Shown piece by piece: positions 56,501-57,213 of a DNA stretch of 57,213 bases. The notes beneath the pieces are model-generated. The model was given only the letters and a program-made list of their open reading frames with translations, made no database searches and had not been told where the DNA came from. Made by a program: the position numbers and the translations under genes. Every line of letters starts with the position of its first letter. Within the stretch, counting starts at the first letter, position 1. Source of the stretch: Bdellovibrionota bacterium (lineage in GTDB: Bacteria; Bdellovibrionota_C; UBA2361; JBGSMV01); the NCBI GenBank assembly GCA_044356455.1, contig JBIKWF010000013.1:1-57213 (forward strand), written 5' to 3'.

Positions 56501-57213
56501 CAGCAGAGAAACACAGCCAATATCCTTCGCCCTCTTTGTACCGAATGGAGTGCAACCGAGGGTCGCTTGAAGGCGCAGGGAGGCCTATACTTCGCGAACT
56601 CCCGAGCTTTTCCCCATTCGGGAAGGGAAAATTATTCTGTGTCGCTCCGTTCTTTCCAATAAGCTCAAGGCATGGGAGGCCATCCCGGAACTTTATCTCG
56701 CCAGCGTCTTTTGCAAGTTTGTAGCTGCGAGCCAGCTCTTCAGCGAATAATTGCGAAGAAGTTTTTAACTCCCATTTTCCAGGGCTCGTCTCGCAAAGTA
56801 GTACTTCTACCTCGCTCCTTGCGCCCTTTTTGTCAGCCGCAGAGAAGCACAGCCAATATCCTTCGCCCTCTTTGAAACGAATGGAGTACAGACGGGGGTC
56901 GCTTGATGGTTGGGGGAGGCCAATACCTCGATTATCCCCGTGCTTTTCCCCATTCGGGAGCGGAAAATTTATCTGTGTCCCTCCCTTCGTTCCAATTAGC
57001 TCAGGGCATGGGAGGCCCTGTGGGAATGTTACCTTGCCCCGTAATTTTGCGAGTTTATAGCGCGCAGCTTGGGCAAGCTCTACCTGAGTAAAAGGCGATA
57101 GCTCCCATACTCCCTTTTGATTCTCAGAGATGTTTACCCACGCCCTCTGTTTCGTGCCGTCTTTGTTGGCAGCAGAGAAACACAGCCAATATCCTTCGCC
57201 CTCTTTGTACCGA
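53583..57213 (-). CDS. Large tandem-repeat protein with C-terminal PD-(D/E)xK nuclease-like domain (5'-partial)
   Basis: The frame stays open from the window end to the stop at 53583 (checked by hand beyond 56555). It contains 111/112-aa repeats, then KGEAFEQLV...IPQY...RADY...FEIKWG. Confidence 0.85.
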   Translation of the reverse strand, partial: RYKEGEGYWLCFSAANKDGTKQRAWVNISENQKGVWELSPFTQVELAQAARYKLAKLRGKVTFPQGLPCPELIGTKGGTQINFPLPNGEKHGDNRGIGLPQPSSDPRLYSIRFKEGEGYWLCFSAADKKGARSEVEVLLCETSPGKWELKTSSQLFAEELARSYKLAKDAGEIKFRDGLPCLELIGKNGATQNNFPFPNGEKLGSSRSIGLPAPSSDPRLHSIRYKEGEGYWLCFSAANKDGTKQRAWVNISENQKGEWELTPFTQVELAQAARYKLAKLRGKATFSQGLPCPELIGTDGTTQKTFPLPNGEKHADNRGIGLPFPSSDPRLHSIRYKEGEGYWLCFSAANKDGTKVRAWVNISENQKGEWELTPFTQVELAQAARYKLAKLRGMVTFPQGLPCPELIGTVGTTQTTIPLPNGEKLGSQRGIGLPRSASDPRLHSIRHKEGEGYWLCLSAADSKGARSEVEVLLCETSPGKWELKTSSQLFAEEMAHNYSLAKDVGEARFPQGLPCPELIGTTGQTQTTFPFPNGGKLGSQLGIGFANLSSDPRLHSIRYQEGEGYWLCLSAADKKGARSEVEVLLCETSPGEWELKTSSQLFAEELARSYKLAKDTGEARFPQGLPCPELIGTNGRTQVSFPLPNGGKLGSQRGIGLPAPSSDPRLHSIRYKEGEGYWLCFSAANKDGTKQRAWVNISENQKGEWELTPLTEVELAQAARYKLAKLRGKVTFPWGLPCPELIGTTGQTQKTFPLPNGEKLGSTRCIGLPQPSSAPRLHSVQYLEGKGYWLEISALSAGKERRFIKMLLSENASGKDALLEYVDEATKLDLPVLPKQFHRERRATFTGKRALVEYSIENGVELKKTSLSTFLKGEAFEQLVGIFLLAAYPEKKVIPQYCLTVDEKGEFFGDRADYRVGDEIFEIKWGGHAENIAATYQKHSKLLEGTNLSYTVISRERNVECRTPKVFFEDLAAQSLLHKEILGVLGYIDHLAAKKEGRDLEHVRDYLFSIQREIFKTELSGEARVAALREGMSQLLDVPAEQRRHVLTSGLLHRYSPLEAFAEFNGRLYRDAITPRVFFDENPDQKELFYTFSFPLQPGGSETKWHTCSFSNQLDRDILVMLALGELDSEDLDLKELGGRYLNIKECIGSALDPVKPVFLLPGGTRISSHQVEGAIHIKDLEDLRNLLTFPGNNFEFGLEWIAYWKKAA
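54800..57213 (-). repeat. Intragenic 333/336-bp tandem repeat array
   Basis: Anchor CATGGGAG (LPC codons) at 55000, 55333, 55669, 56005, 56338, 56671, 57007; spacings 333, 336, 336, 333, 333, 336. Confidence 0.95.

Noticed and set aside
56553..56555. ORF-track start (TTG) of the repeat protein
   Set aside because: It falls mid-repeat. The frame has no stop up to 57213, so the real start is outside the window.
55001..57091. Repeated plus-strand ORFs (MGGP.../MFTHAL...)
   Set aside because: They are antisense shadows of the repeat array, broken by stops in every unit.
54800..57213. 333/336-bp repeats as a CRISPR array or DGR template/variable repeats
   Set aside because: The units are long, in-frame and coding, with no unique spacers. 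Variation is not visibly adenine-specific, and there is no cas or reverse transcriptase gene in the window.

Overview
This is a 57-kb bacterial chromosomal window of mostly housekeeping and accessory genes. I saw no rRNA, tRNA, CRISPR array or intact transposase. From left to right it contains: (1) a TrpR-linked minus-strand cluster (TrpR operator, trpR, a Trp-containing leader peptide with a hairpin/U-tract, a TIGR04076-like protein, a frameshifted IDO/PrnB-like heme dioxygenase and an aldo-keto reductase); (2) a secreted M4/M36-like protein lacking HEXXH; (3) DUF4340 plus a GldF/GldG-type fusion; (4) a TetR-regulated ABC-MFP-OMF exporter; (5) a sigma54-driven DUF1800/DUF1501 pair; (6) an ABC-2 transporter, a degenerate RNB-domain protein, hppD-hmgA, rmuC, a GH63-like hydrolase, an EVE protein, map, an HtrA/Do protease and a DUF853 ATPase; (7) several unassigned ORFs; (8) a type-2 IleRS with a GxHH motif. 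The most striking element is at the right edge (<57213..53583, minus strand). It is a large protein of near-identical 111/112-aa repeats of two alternating types, with clustered hypervariable residues, fused to a C-terminal PD-(D/E)xK nuclease-like domain, which makes it a candidate natural modular (TALEN-like) nuclease. Two families of dispersed non-coding palindromic elements also recur: a MITE-like family with YTAR target duplications, and a ~190-nt multi-hairpin element showing compensatory base changes. All family assignments come from motif recognition by eye, not from database searches.
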